This document shows, one piece after another, positions 32,354 through 44,516 of a stretch of DNA of 64,000 nt (positions are counted from its first letter, which is position 1; every line of letters begins with the position of its first letter). Below the pieces are notes generated by a model that saw only the letters and a list, made by a program, of their open reading frames with translations, searched no databases and was not told the DNA's origin. The DNA comes from Blastocladiella emersonii ATCC 22665 (taxonomy: Eukaryota; Fungi; Blastocladiomycota), in the NCBI GenBank assembly GCA_025594325.1, contig JANHCV010000007.1, positions 1,612,001 through 1,676,000 on the forward strand. Reading direction: 5' to 3'. The position numbers and the translations under genes are program-made.

Positions 32354-35300
32354 TCATCCGCGCCGCTTGCGCAGCTTGGCCGTAGCAGCCGGCGCCGACG
32401 TCGCGGCGGGCGGCGGTGCGGGAGCAGGTGCAGCTGCACGCGACGGGTTGGTGCGCCGGGGCCGCTGATGCTGCTGGGCAAGCACCGGCGGCGGGGGAAG
32501 CGGTGCGGCCAGGACCGGCGTCGACGGGACCGCGGCGATCTTGGCGACAACGGGCGCAACGGGCTCGGCGGCAAACGGGTCCGCGACGTGCTCGGACGAC
32601 AGCACGCGGACCTTGTTGCGACGGACGGGCGAGGCGCGCAGCGGGCGCTTGGGCGAGGCGCCGAACGCGAACGGGTCGCCGCTCGACTGCGACGTGTTGA
32701 CCGACTCGACCGTCGCGAGCCCGCGCCCGGTCCCGTTCCCGCTCGCGGCGCGCGACAAGGACTTGTCGACGTCGCCGAGCGTTCCCGACACGCTAATGTG
32801 CGCTGGGTGCTGCAGGGGCAGGCACGGCGGGGCCGGGAGCGCGAGCCTCCCGCCGGCGCCCTGGCCGGTCCACTGCTGCTGCTGCTGCGTCGCCCACTGC
32901 GTGGTCCCGTTGCTCGCGGCGGTCGCCGTCAGGAGCTGCTGCTGGTGCTGCCGCTGCACCTGCGCCTGCGCGTTGAGCTGCTGCTGGATCTCGTCCTGCT
33001 GCTCCTGCACGTCGCGGATTGCGCGCCCGAGGTCGGCCGTCTTGGCGTCTACCTCGCCGCGCAGCGCCGTGACCGAAGTCGCGAGGTCGGTGAGCAGCGC
33101 CGCGAGCGTGTCGTGGTTGGCCCGGTGCGCCGACTCGGCCTGATCGCGCGACTCGCGGACCGCCGTATCGACCAGGCGCGCGCCCTAGGCACACGATTCG
33201 CGTCAGCACGGGAGGGCGAAGGCAGGCGAGCACCCGATTGTACCTGCTTGTGCGACGACACGAGCTGCTCGAGCCCGGCGTTGAGCTGCGTCTCGAGCCG
33301 CGTCATGCGCTCGACCCACGCCGTGCCGAGCGACTTGACCATGGCCTCGACGAGCGCGCCCGACGCCGCGAGCCGGTTCACGTCGGCTGCCGCCTTGGCC
33401 TGTGCGTCCGTGAGGGACTGGGCGAGTGCGTCGACTCGCTACATTCGTTGGGGCCCGAGTCAGTCTTCATCCCGCACACGAAGCCTCAAAGACCGTACCT
33501 GCTTGACCGCCTGCACCTCGCCGTGGTGCTCGGCCGTCCGCGCCGCGAGCTGCGCGACCGCGTCCGCTGCTTGCTCGCGGCCCTCGCGCACCGCCTGCGC
33601 GACGCCCGCGATCCCGTCGCGCACTCCGTCGAGCCGCTCGCCAGCATACGCGCGGTCAGCCGACGCCCTCTCGCGCGCCTCGGCGTACCACGCGGCGGCG
33701 TGCTCGGCCCCCGCCTCGACCGCCGCGCGCACGAGCGGGATCTCGGCCGCGATCCCGGCCACGCGCTCGTCCATGATCCGGCGCGTCTCGTCGCGCTCCG
33801 CGGCCGCCAAATCGCGCTCGAGCGTGCGCGCCGCGAGAGCGCCCTCGGCCTCGGCGAGCCTGCCCGCGAGATCGCGGACCTCGGCCGCGCTCGCGTCGCA
33901 CGCGGTCTGCGCGCGGTGGAGCTCCTCACCGACTCGGCTATCGAGCGCTGCGATCCGGCCCACGACGCGCGCCTCACCGTCAGCCGTGCGCGCGGCGTCT
34001 TCCGCGAACGCGGCGCGGATCGCCTGCTCGAGGTGCGTGCATACGCCCTCGGCGGCGCCATCGACGTGCCCACCGACGGTTGCGGCGTACGCGGCCACGC
34101 GCGCGTCGATCCCCGCCACGGCGTCTGCGAGCCCGCCCGTGCGCGACTCGACGGCGCGGCACACGGTGTCGGCGGACCCGGCGATCCGCGCGCCGAGGTC
34201 GCCGACCACGCGGTCGAGCGCGTGCCGCTCCAGCCCACGCAGCTGCGCCGACCGCGCGGCGATCGAGGCTGCGAGCGACTCGGCGTGCGCGGCCATGGTG
34301 GCGTGTGCCGACGCGGCGAGGTCGCGCGCGCGGGCCAGGTCGGTGAGCGAGTCCCACAGCTGCGGCGACCCGGCGTCATCATCTCCGTTGTCGTCGTCGA
34401 ATGCGGACGGCTCGGTGTGCCGCGCGCGCTTGTCGGGCCCGTGGTGGTGCGCGGCGGCAGCACCGTCCTCGTCGTCGGTCGCGTACCGCTTGCCGCGCGA
34501 CACGGGCCGCTGCGGGTCGGTCGCCGCGCCCTGGCTTCCGCCCGCGTCCTCCTCGGGGATCGGCGTCAGGACCGCGGGCCCGCGCGGCGTGTACGCGGAC
34601 ACGGGGATCGACTCGACGGCGTCGGCGAACGCGACCATGGTCGGCGAGGGCGACGGGGAGCCGCTGCCGTCGGGCACGGCGTAGTCGGGGCCTGTGGTTG
34701 TGGTGGCGGGCGAGGGTGGCGGCGGGGGCGGTGCGCGCGCCGGGGGCGGTGCGCGCGCCGGGGGCGGTGCGCGCGCCGGGGTCGGCGGAGAAGTAGAGGG
34801 CCGAACGGGCGTGGTCGCCGCCGACTCGGACGACGGGTGCTGCGGCGGCGTCGGGACCTGCTGCCGCTCGTCGCCGAATTGGCGGTGTTGGTGCTGCTGC
34901 GGCTGCGGCTGAGGCTGAGGGGGCGACGGGGCCTGCTGTTGGATCGGCGGGCGCGGCGGCGATGGGACAGCGGCCGGCGCAGGACTCGGCGCCGCGCCCG
35001 CTCCGCTGTGCGACGACGCAAGCGCGTTCGCCACCACCGCGGGCCCGATCACGCCCATGGCGTGCTGCTGCTTGTGCTGCTGGTGCAGCTGCTGGACGTG
35101 GCGGCGGGCCCACGACTGCTGCTGCGCGGCGACGGCGCCGCCTGGACCCGTCCCTGCCCCCGCGGCGCTCGCGCCCGAGCCCGCAGGTGCCGCCGCCGCG
35201 CCCACGGCGCGCGGGCCGTAGACGGTCCACGCGACGCCCTGCGGACGGCCTGCGCGCGGGAACGGCTGGCCGAACGCGGTGGGCGGCAGGCTGAGCACGG

Positions 35301-35457
35301 GCTCGGCGGTTGCGGGGCGCGTGATGGACGGCGTCGAGGGTTCCGACGGCGCGGGGGTCGGCGGCGCGGGGGCCGTCGTGGTCGCGGGCGCGCGAGCGGG
35401 CGGGTGCCCACTGCCGCCGTGGTGATGGTGATGATGGTGCGGTTGTTGGTTATCCAT
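32354..35457 (-). CDS. Hypothetical protein with low-complexity N-terminus (poly-His, Pro/Gln-rich) and Ala-rich coiled coil, about 994 aa
   Basis: join(35457..33499, 33438..33244, 33184..32354); two canonical GTAC...TAG introns keep frame. Basic motifs KRARH and KLRKRRG. Confidence 0.7.
34723..34781. repeat. 18-nt coding tandem repeat x3 (ARAPPP)
   Basis: CGGGGGCGGTGCGCGCGC x3. Confidence 0.85.
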
Positions 35458-35685
35458 ACGGGCTAAGATACATGGTCGCGCGGCAGGCGGGCGGAGAGAG
35501 GGAGGCCGCGTCGCGACGCGACGTCGTTGATCAGATCGTTCATCACGGAGATGAGCGCGAGACACTTCTCCGCGCGATGAGTCAGCGAGCGAGTCAAGCA
35601 GCGGTGGTGGAACACGATACGATTAAATAGCCCGAGCACAGGTGCTCGAGAAGAGAGGGACAAAACGGTGGCGGCGATGCGAGGC

Positions 35686-38600
35686 CTACTGCGACGAGCT
35701 CTTGGTGATACCGAAACTCGGCGGCGGCTGCTGGAGATAGTCGAGCGCGCTCGCGAGCCGCTACACGATCGCAGACGCGTGTCAGTGAGGTCACACACCG
35801 CGCGACGAGTTGGGGTCGTCAAGCGCCGCGACGTACCGTGATGTTCTGGGCGGGCGTCTCGACGATCGCGATCATGGACGCCTGCGCGGGCCCGAGCCGC
35901 CGCTTGCTGCGGGTGACCGTGGACGTGACCGGCGAGGCCGTGACCGCCGCGTACGTGGGCGACGGCGGCGGCTGACTGGCTGCCGCGGCCGCCTTCTTGC
36001 TCGCGGCCGTCTCCCGCTTCTGCTTCTTGGCCGGTGGCGGGTGCAGCGCCGCGTCACCGCCGTCCGCCCTGGACGACGATGACGACGCGCCGTTGCTCGC
36101 CGCAGCTGGTGGCTCGGCGTCGACCTTGGCCTTGCTCGCCGCCCGCTTGCGCGGGTTGGCCGCCACCGCCGCGGTCTCCTCAACGTTCTCGGCCTCGGCC
36201 TCAGCCTCCTCGGCAGCCTTTCGCCGCCGCGTCGTGACCGTGGGCTTCGGTTTGGCGGCGGCCGCGGCCGCGGCGTTGGCAGCGGCAGTGGCCGCAGCAG
36301 CAGCAGCAGCAGCGGCGGCCGCGGCGGCGGCGGCGGCCTTGGTCGGCCGGCCGCGCTTCTTGGGCGCGGGCGAGGGTTCGGGCTCCTCAGGCTCAACCTC
36401 CTCCTCCTCCTCCTCGGACTGCGACTCGGACTCGGGCTCCGGAGTGGTAGCTTTGCGCGGGCGGCCGGGCTTGCGCTTCACCTGCGCCGCCGCCGGGTCG
36501 GTCGAGTTCTTGCGCGGGCGGCCGGGCCCACGCTTCGCCGGAACCGGCGCGGGCGGTTCTGGCTCCGGCTCCGGCTCCGGCTCGGGCTCGGGCGCAGCAC
36601 GAGCAGCCTTGCCGCGGCCCGTGCGCGACGCGGGGCCCGGCTTGCCGTTGGCGGCGGGCGCAGCGGGCGCGACGGCGACAACGTCCTCCTCCTCCTCGTC
36701 GCGGTCGGCCACGTTGTTGTCGTCGTCGGTGCTGGTGGTAACCAGCTTGGAGTACCTGAGGCGGGTGGCGGGGTCGAGGACGTTGCGGCGCGACCGGGTC
36801 GAGGCCGCCGTGGGCGCGGGTTTTGGCTTCGGCTTCGGCTTCGCCCTCTGCTTCGGCGCAGCTGCAGGCAGGTCCGACGGCACATCGCTGAGCTCGCTGT
36901 CGAGGTCGAGGTTGTCGTGCCCGTTGGCGGCCGCGGGGGACGGCGCGGGCGCGGTTATGACGTGGCGGGACGAGGATGAGGACGACGACGACGATGCAGC
37001 GGTCCCGTTGACGGCGGCGGCGGCGGGCTTGGCCTTGCCCTTACCCGTCGTTGGCGCGGGCGCGGGCGGCTCGTCCTCGGACATGGGCTCGGCGCCGTCA
37101 ACCTCGCCGCCGTCCGTCTCGGCGGCCCCCATGGCCTTGGCGTACGACCGCTTAGGCGGGCGGGGCGGCGAAGCGGGCGCAGCGGGCAGCGGCGCGGCCT
37201 TCTTACTGCCGGCGCGGGGCGCCGCGTTGATCTCGACCGTGATCTCGGCCGACCCGGGCCGCTTAGGCCGGGGGTCCGCCGACGCCGCAGCGGGCGCGAC
37301 AGCAGCCGCGGTGCCCGGGACCGGGAACCCGATCTCGGCGAGGGTCGCGCGGACCTCGGCGAGCTGGTCGCGGGCCCGACGCGCGTCGTCGGCAGCAGAC
37401 CGCTCAGCGGCGCGTGATACCTCGACCTCCTTCGCCAACCGCGCCACGTCGTCGCGCGCGGACCGGAGATCAGCACGGAGGGCGTCGAGGTCGGGGCGCG
37501 TGATGAGCGGCGGCGAGCCAGGCCGTGCGCGCGCGGTAGCGGCGTTGAGGTCGGCCTCGAGCTCGTTGACGCGGTCGGCGAGCCGGTCAACGTCACGTTT
37601 CGCGTCGGCGAGCTCGGCGCGGGTGCGGTCGGCGTTGGCGACACGCGTACGAAGGTCCGCGACCTGGTCGCGTGCGGCGCGGAGGTCGTGGTTGGCGCGG
37701 TCGCGGTCGGCGGCGACGGCCGCGAGGTCGTCCTGCATGCGCTGGGCCTCGATGCGCGCGGCGCGTTTCGCGTCGGCGACCTCGGCGCGGAGCCGCGCGG
37801 CCAGCGAGTGGTCGTTGGCGGCCGCGGCGGCGGCGTTGACGAGGTCCGCGACGCGCGTCTCGAGGGTGTGCTCGCGGGCGCGCGCGGCGTTGAGCTCGGC
37901 CTGGAGCCGCGTAGCCGTGGCACTGGTCGCGGTGTGCTGGCGCAGGAGGTCGTCGGCGCGGGCGGCAGCAGCCTGGGCATCGTCGCGGGCGCGGGCGAGG
38001 TCCTGCTCGAGTGCAGCGACGCGGTCGCGCGCGTCGTCGAGGTCCTGGCGGAGGAGCTCAGCGGCGGCGCCGGCGTTACCGCGGAGCTGCGCGACCTCGT
38101 TGGTGCGGAGCTCGAGCGCGACCTCGGCGCGGCGGAGCTTGGTCTCGGCGGCGCGCAGCTGGTCCTCGGCGTCGCGGCGCTCCTGGTCGGCCGCCTGGAC
38201 ACGCTTCTCGAGGTCGTGCGTGGTGCGGGTCGCCGCCTCGTGGTTGGCGGCAAGGCGCTTGTTCTCGGTCTCGAGCTTGGCCATATCGAGCGCGAGCACG
38301 CGCTTCGCGGCCTGCACCTGGCTCAGCTCCTCGGCGAGCTCGATCTCGCGGCGCGCGCGTTCCGCGAGGTCCTTGTCGGCGGGGGACCCGGCGGCGGCGG
38401 CGGTGCGGCGGGACGAGGCGCGGAGGGCGTCAGCTTCCTTGCGCGCGGTCTCAGCGTGCGCGACGGCGCGCTCGACGGTGCGCTCGAGCTCGGCCTTGTC
38501 GGTGGCGAGGGCGCGCGCCTTGGCGGCCTCGCGGTCGAGGTCAAGCTCGAGCTTGAGGTTGCGGTCGCGGAGGGACTCGATAGTCTCCGCGAGCTGCTTG

Positions 38601-40996
38601 CGGTCGGCGCGCGCCGCGTCGCGGGCGGCCGTCGCCGCGTCCTCGGCGGCCATGACCTGCTGCTCGGCGAGCGTGTTGGCGTTATCGACGGCGACCTCGA
38701 GCGCGGCGATCTGCGCCTTGGCCGACGCGAGCTGCGTCTGCAGAGACTCGAGCTCGGCCGCGTGCTTCTCGGCGTCGGTCAGGTTGCGCACCACCTCGTC
38801 GCTGAACATGGCGTTCTCGGTCTCGAGGTCCGCGATGCGCGCCTTGAGCGCCTTGCGCTCGGCCGCGTGCTTGGCCGCGACCTGCGTGCGCTGCGCGGCC
38901 GTCGCCTCGAGCGCGCCGCGGAGCCGCTGGACGAGCGTCTTGAGGTTGCGCGTCTCGGCGGCGGCGGGCGCGAGCACGCGGTACCGCTCGACGAGCTCGG
39001 CGTGGCGCGTCTCGGCGGCGTGGACCTGCGCGGCGAGCGCCGCGTTGCGCTCGGTCTCGCGGTGGAGCGCAGTCAGCAACTCGGCGCGGTGCGTGTCGAG
39101 CTCGGCGGCGGCGTCGCGGGCGAACGTCACCTGGGCATTGAGCTCGCGCGCGTTCCAGTCGAGGTGCTCGGCGGTGCCGATGGCCTCGGCGCGGGACCGG
39201 CGCAGCTCCTCGATCTCGACGTGCAGGCGGTCGATGTCCATGTCGCGGCCGGTGAGGGCGAGCTCGTGCGTGATGATGGCGAGGTCGCGGTCGCGCAGCT
39301 GCCGCTGGAGCTCGTCGCGCTCGCGGCGCAGGGTCTCGAGCTCAGCAGCGTCGGCGGGCGCTGGAGCAGCGAAGGCCTCGGCAAGAGCAGCGCGTGCGGC
39401 ATCGGCGTCGGCCTGACACGCGGCGGCGTGCTCGAGGGCCTCGTCGCGGGCGCGGATCGCGACGCCGACCGAGTACTCGTGGCGCTCGCACTCGGCCTCG
39501 AGGGCGGCGATGCGCGCCTCGTCCTCGGCGTTGCGGTCGGGGATCGCGGCGGCGGCCTCGGCGAGGGCGGTCGCGACGGCGCCCTCGACGGCGGCTGCGG
39601 TAGCCGCCGCAGCCGCGACGTTGACGGCGTGCGTGGTGGCGATCGTGTGCGCGGTGACGGACGAGAGGGGCATGGGGAGGGTATGGAGGACCTTGATGCG
39701 TCGGAGGAGGTCGCCGAGGCGGAGCATGTCGACGCACTCGGGCGACTCCATGGCGACCTCGAGCAGCCACAGCGACGCGCAGTTATCGGAGAGGTACGGG
39801 AACGCGAGCGAGGTGAGCGGGCACGCCTCGGGGCACAGGTCGGCGCCGAGGGGCAGGCCGGCGAGGTTCGCGATGAGCTCCTCGAGCTTGGGGAACGAGT
39901 GCATGAGGTGCGACGCGTGGTGCGGCGGTTGGCCGGTGGGCGCCCCAAAATCGAGGCCGGGCAGGCCCGCGGTCGGCAGCGGCACATAGTACCCGAGGTC
40001 CGCGAGGCAGAACCGCGACACGATGTCGCGGCCGCCGATGGTGCCCTCGAGGCGCAGCAGGAGGAAGAAGGGCACCTCGACGGGACGGCTCGACAGCATG
40101 ACGAGGTCGGCGAGCGAGGAGACCTCGACAAAGTCCGGGTCGAGCTGCCCGAACACGGGGTCGTACTGGACGGGCTCCTTGGTGTGCAGGTTGATGCACG
40201 CCGTGTCGGTGACGCTCATCAGGCTAACAATCGTGTTGCGTCGGACGGGTTAACCGCGATCCAATCCGAGTACCGGTGGCGAACGTACGCGAAGAGGATG
40301 CGCAGCGAGTCGGGCTCGGCGACCTCGTCGAGGTAATGCGCGAGCCGCTCGAGGGTCATGTGGGCAATGTCGTTGCCGCGGGTGGCGGGGTTGCGCATGT
40401 TGACGGTGAAGACAGCGGTGCTGAAGCCGTCGAGCAGGCCGCGGAGCTGCTCGTCGATCTTGCACTGCACGAACAGGTTCTCGAGCGTGTTGGGCTCGGC
40501 GGGGAGCATCGTGGCGCCGTCAATGGGCGACCGGACCGCCGGCATGTTGACGTAGGGCGAGATCTGGACGTGGTCGAAAAAGTACTTTCTGCGGGTCGAG
40601 GGCGTCAGCACACGGCATGCCGTCGCGGGATCGGGAGAGAGCGGTTAACGTACTTGTCGTTGTCCTTGGCCGGCTTCTCGCCTGGACACACACACGCGCA
40701 GCACGAACGCCGATCCGATCGTTAGCCTCCATCCATCCCTCCGCTTGACACCAACCTGAACGCGTACCCTTGCCGCCCCCGCCCGAGTGCGCGCGCGTGT
40801 GCTTGTTCTTGTGGACGATGCCGCGCGAGCTGCCGCGCATCACGCTGCACTGGGTGCCGGCGACGTTGTCGATGAGCAGGCCGGTGCGGTGCGTGAGGAC
40901 GTTGATGCCGGTCACGGCCGGCGCCGTCGCCGCCCGCGCCAGCGACGTTGGCGACGCCATCGTGTCCACACACGAAAGGTTGCGCTCCGATGCCAT
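35686..40996 (-). CDS. Degenerate (pseudo-)kinesin motor domain + long coiled coil + AT-hook tail, about 1670 aa
   Basis: join(40996..40768, 40681..40654, 40588..40289, 40223..35837, 35760..35686); all four introns are GTACG...AG and keep frame. Kinesin-like segments appear in order: YFFDHV, LLDGFSTAVF, VEVSSLADL, SRFCLADLG, LTSLAFPYLSDNC, DMLRLGDLLRRIK. AT-hooks GPGRPRK, KPGRPRK and KRGRPTK lie at about 36340..36540. Confidence 0.8.
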
Positions 40997-41349
40997 CGGG
41001 GATGGTGGTTGATGGATGATGAGCTCAGGCCGCGGCGGTGCGTCGATGCATGTGGGGGGCCGGGCCGCGTGGGGGGTGGGTCGTCGATGCGTTGCGTTGC
41101 GTTGCGTTGCAGGGAGTCGGTGGAGCGCTCGCGCGCCGTGCGTTGCGAGGGCCGTGTGGGAGGGGAGCCGCGGGAAAGGAGGCCGAGACCGCCGGCCGCC
41201 GCCGCGCGCGGCAACCAACGCTCCGCGCTGCGAAGCCGCGAGGCGATCCGCGGCCGCATCCACGCCCCGTCACCTGACGTATCCGCATAACAGGGGTGAT
41301 ACAGGCCTAATTAAAATTGCGATTGCAGATACTACCTCTCCTCTCCCTC

Positions 41350-44282
41350 TCAAGAGCTCTTGGAATTACTCGTCCCGAGCAGCGGCGCGAGCTCCTCGAC
41401 GAGCTCCGCGGGGAGGACCGCCGTGAGCGCGTTCATCCCGCCGAGCTGCGCGGCCAGCACCCCGATCTGCTCGCGGATGTACGCCGCGAGGGAGACGGCG
41501 TGGACCGCGTCGCTGCGCATCACGTCGCGGCGGCGCGTCGCCTCGGCCGCCTCCTCGTCGTCCTCGAGCCCGTAGTCGGACGCCTCCATGCGCCAGTACA
41601 GCGGCGCGTCGCCCGCCTCGTTCTCGCTGACCTCGTGCAGGATCTCGGTCCACACCGCCGCGACGGCCACCAGGTGCTGCGGCGACAGCGGGACCAGGCG
41701 GGTGAGGGCGAGTGCGCTCAGCTTGCGCTGGCTCGGGTGGCCGATGTGGTCCCACAGGTCGAGCCACACGGGGAAGAGTGCGGCGAAGACGTCGGGGCCG
41801 CCGACCAAAGACACGAACTGGGACGGGTCCGTGATGGCCACGGCGCGCGCCAGGACGGCCACGAACGCGACCAGGGCCAGCGTGTGGTCCTACAAATCGT
41901 GGCGCAGGAGCGTTAGCGCCGCTGGACTCGCGAACCTCGGAGACAACGTACGTGTTTGCTGACCAGGCCGTGGACCAGGCGCGGCACGACCTGCGACTGC
42001 GCCATGAGGTTGAGCGCGTCTGCTCCGCCGGTAATCAGGAACGTCTCGAGGACGCGCGTGACGATCGCCGACGCCTGCGGGCGCATCGGCGCGAGCCCGC
42101 CTGCCCTTGCCTGCGCGTCAGGGACGCCGCCGAGGAGCTGGAGGAGCTGCGCCATGGCGGGCGCGCCGATACTCGCCATGGTGCTGCGGGCGTCGAGGAA
42201 CAGGTACGACTGGACGATCCCGAGCACGGTGCGGAGGGACTCGGACCCGGTCTCCATGAGCGGCGGGACGAGCGGGAGGAGCGCGCCCAGATCGCCGAGC
42301 GTCTGCGCGTGCTGCAGGAGCGAGTGCCACAGGAGCAGGGCGTCCTCGAGGAGGTACAGGGCGGCGGGCGACCCGGCGACGCACGCGACGCCGAGCAGCG
42401 GCACCGCGATCGGCTGCAGGTGCACCGAGTGCCCGCGCAGCGACACGGCGAGCTTGCGCAGCATGACAAGCAGCGTGGCCTGGAACAGGGGCTCGTCCTG
42501 GGCCTCGTCCCACAGCGACGGGACAAACTCGGCGACGGCGGGCGCGAAGGCGGCCACCTGGGTGTCGAACCGCTCGATGATGACCGAGATGCAGTTGACG
42601 ACCTTGGTCTTGAGGTCAAACTCGTCGAGGGCGCCGAGCAGCCTCAGGAGCTGCTCCATGAGCGCGGGCATGTACGGCGCAATGTCCTCGACGACGAGCT
42701 CCCACTCGTCGACGCAGAACCGCAGCGCGTCGACGGCCGCGAGCTGCACCACGGGGTGCTGGGCGGGGACCAGCAGCTCGCGCGCGAGCGCCTCGTACAC
42801 GGCGGGCCGCGCGGTCTTGGGCGTGTTGTTGATGAAGGCGGCGATCGCGAGGCACACGGTGCGTGCGACGAGCGGGGCCTCGGGGCCGAGCGCGCGGCGC
42901 GCCCACGGCATGAGGAACTCGGTGAAGAGCGGGGCAAAGGGGACGAGCCGGTGCAGGCGGTCGGCCGAGTCGTTGACGGCGGTCAGGACGGCGAGCATGG
43001 CGCGGGCATCGCCGGCGAGCTGCATCGAGGTGACGGCCTGCAGCATGGCGAGGACCGAGGGCACCACGGCGGCCTCGTAGTTGAGAATCAGGTCCATGAC
43101 GAGGCGCGCGGCGCACCCGCGCACGCGGTACTCCCAGTGGTCGTTGTCCTCGTCGAGGACCCACGCGTACGGCTCGGCGTGGATTGCACGTACGTCCGCG
43201 TCCGAGAAGCGCAGGTAGTGCTCGACGAGGACCGCCGTCAGGCCGCGCGCGAAATCGGGGGTCACCATGGCGCGCAGGGCGGCCCACTGCGCGGGCGCCT
43301 CGTCGGGCGACGACGGGTGCAGCGTGCCCGTCGCCTCCTGGACCGTGAACTGGCCCGTGAACCGGATCAGCTGCTTGAGGACGTGCAGCGCCTGCAGCAG
43401 GACCTTTTCGGGGATCGCGTCCGACTTTGCGGCCACAGCCTGCGAGTACCACTGCACGAGGGCGGGGGTGCCCGGGTACGTCAGCCACGGCAGGCCGCGG
43501 TATTCCTGGAGGTCGATGGCGAGCTTGCCGAGGTTGGTGACAATCTTGGCGTGGCCGGCGGCGTAGTAGGCGCCAAGGTAGGTCGAGAGGTTGGCGAGGA
43601 ACGCGGCGGCCGAGTTGCTGGCGGCCACGTCCGGGGTCGCGAAGACGAGCAGCTTGCGGATGCACTTGACGGCGTAGAGGGCCGTGTTGAGGCGGTGGAG
43701 GTCGCCGGGCTGCGCGGCGCACTCGGCGAACAGGGCGACGATGCCGTCGAGCACGTGCGGGGCGATCTCGGCGACGTGCTTGCGCGAGGCGCCGATCTTG
43801 ACCGAGACGAGGGCCTTGACGACGTGGTGCAGGGCGATGAGGGCGCGCTCGCGCAGGTCGCCCGGCGTGGCGGGGCTCTCGATGAGGGCGAACAGGTCGG
43901 CGAGGACGGACGGCCACTCGGCGGGGAAGTCGAGGCGCGCCATCTTGGCAATGGCGACGGCGACCTGGGCGAGCATGGCGCGGTCGGGCTCGTGCAGCAT
44001 GTCGAGGGCGCGCGCGCGGATCGCCGCCTTCTCGTCGTGCCCGATGCACCCGCGCGGCCCGCGCCGCCAGTGCCGCTCGATGCCCGCGCGCAGGCACCGC
44101 ACCGCCATCCAGCGTGCCGTGGGGGAGACGGCGTCGCGCTGGAAGAAGACGGCCTGCAGCCGCGCGTGGAACCCGGGCACCGCCTCGGCGCGCTTCAGGG
44201 CGGCCTCGGCGTCGCGCAGCACGCCCGCGTCCTGGCTGCACAGCCGCTCGAGCAGGCCGACGAGGGCGGCCGTGTCGTCCAT
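41350..44282 (-). CDS. KAP120: Importin-11/Kap120-like karyopherin-beta, 956 aa
   Basis: join(44282..41952, 41889..41350). IBN_N-like start (AEAALKRAE...RWMAVRCLRAGIERHWRR), IAKMARLDFPAEWP, VKALVSVKIG, and C-terminal PSQRKLSALAL. Confidence 0.85.
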
Positions 44283-44516
44283 GGTTGTTGTGTGCGTGGG
44301 TGAGTGTAGAGGGGAGAGCGAGCGGTCCGTGTGCGAACAGCAGAGAGGGAGAGAAGAGAGACACTTTTATTTTCGGTGAGTCGACACGTGCGGGTTGCCC
44401 TCGCCCTCTCGCCACCGTTTCCGCCGCGGTCGCTGAGCCTGGCCCTCCTCCCTCCCCCTCCTTCAAAGTAACACGCGCCAGACTACGCGCAACGAACCGA
44501 ATGCATTCCACCCGAC

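Noticed and set aside
41087-41110. (GCGTT)n microsatellite, and a similar (GTCGC)n at about 15333-15355
   Set aside because: Short simple repeats that are expected in a GC-rich genome; no higher-order structure.
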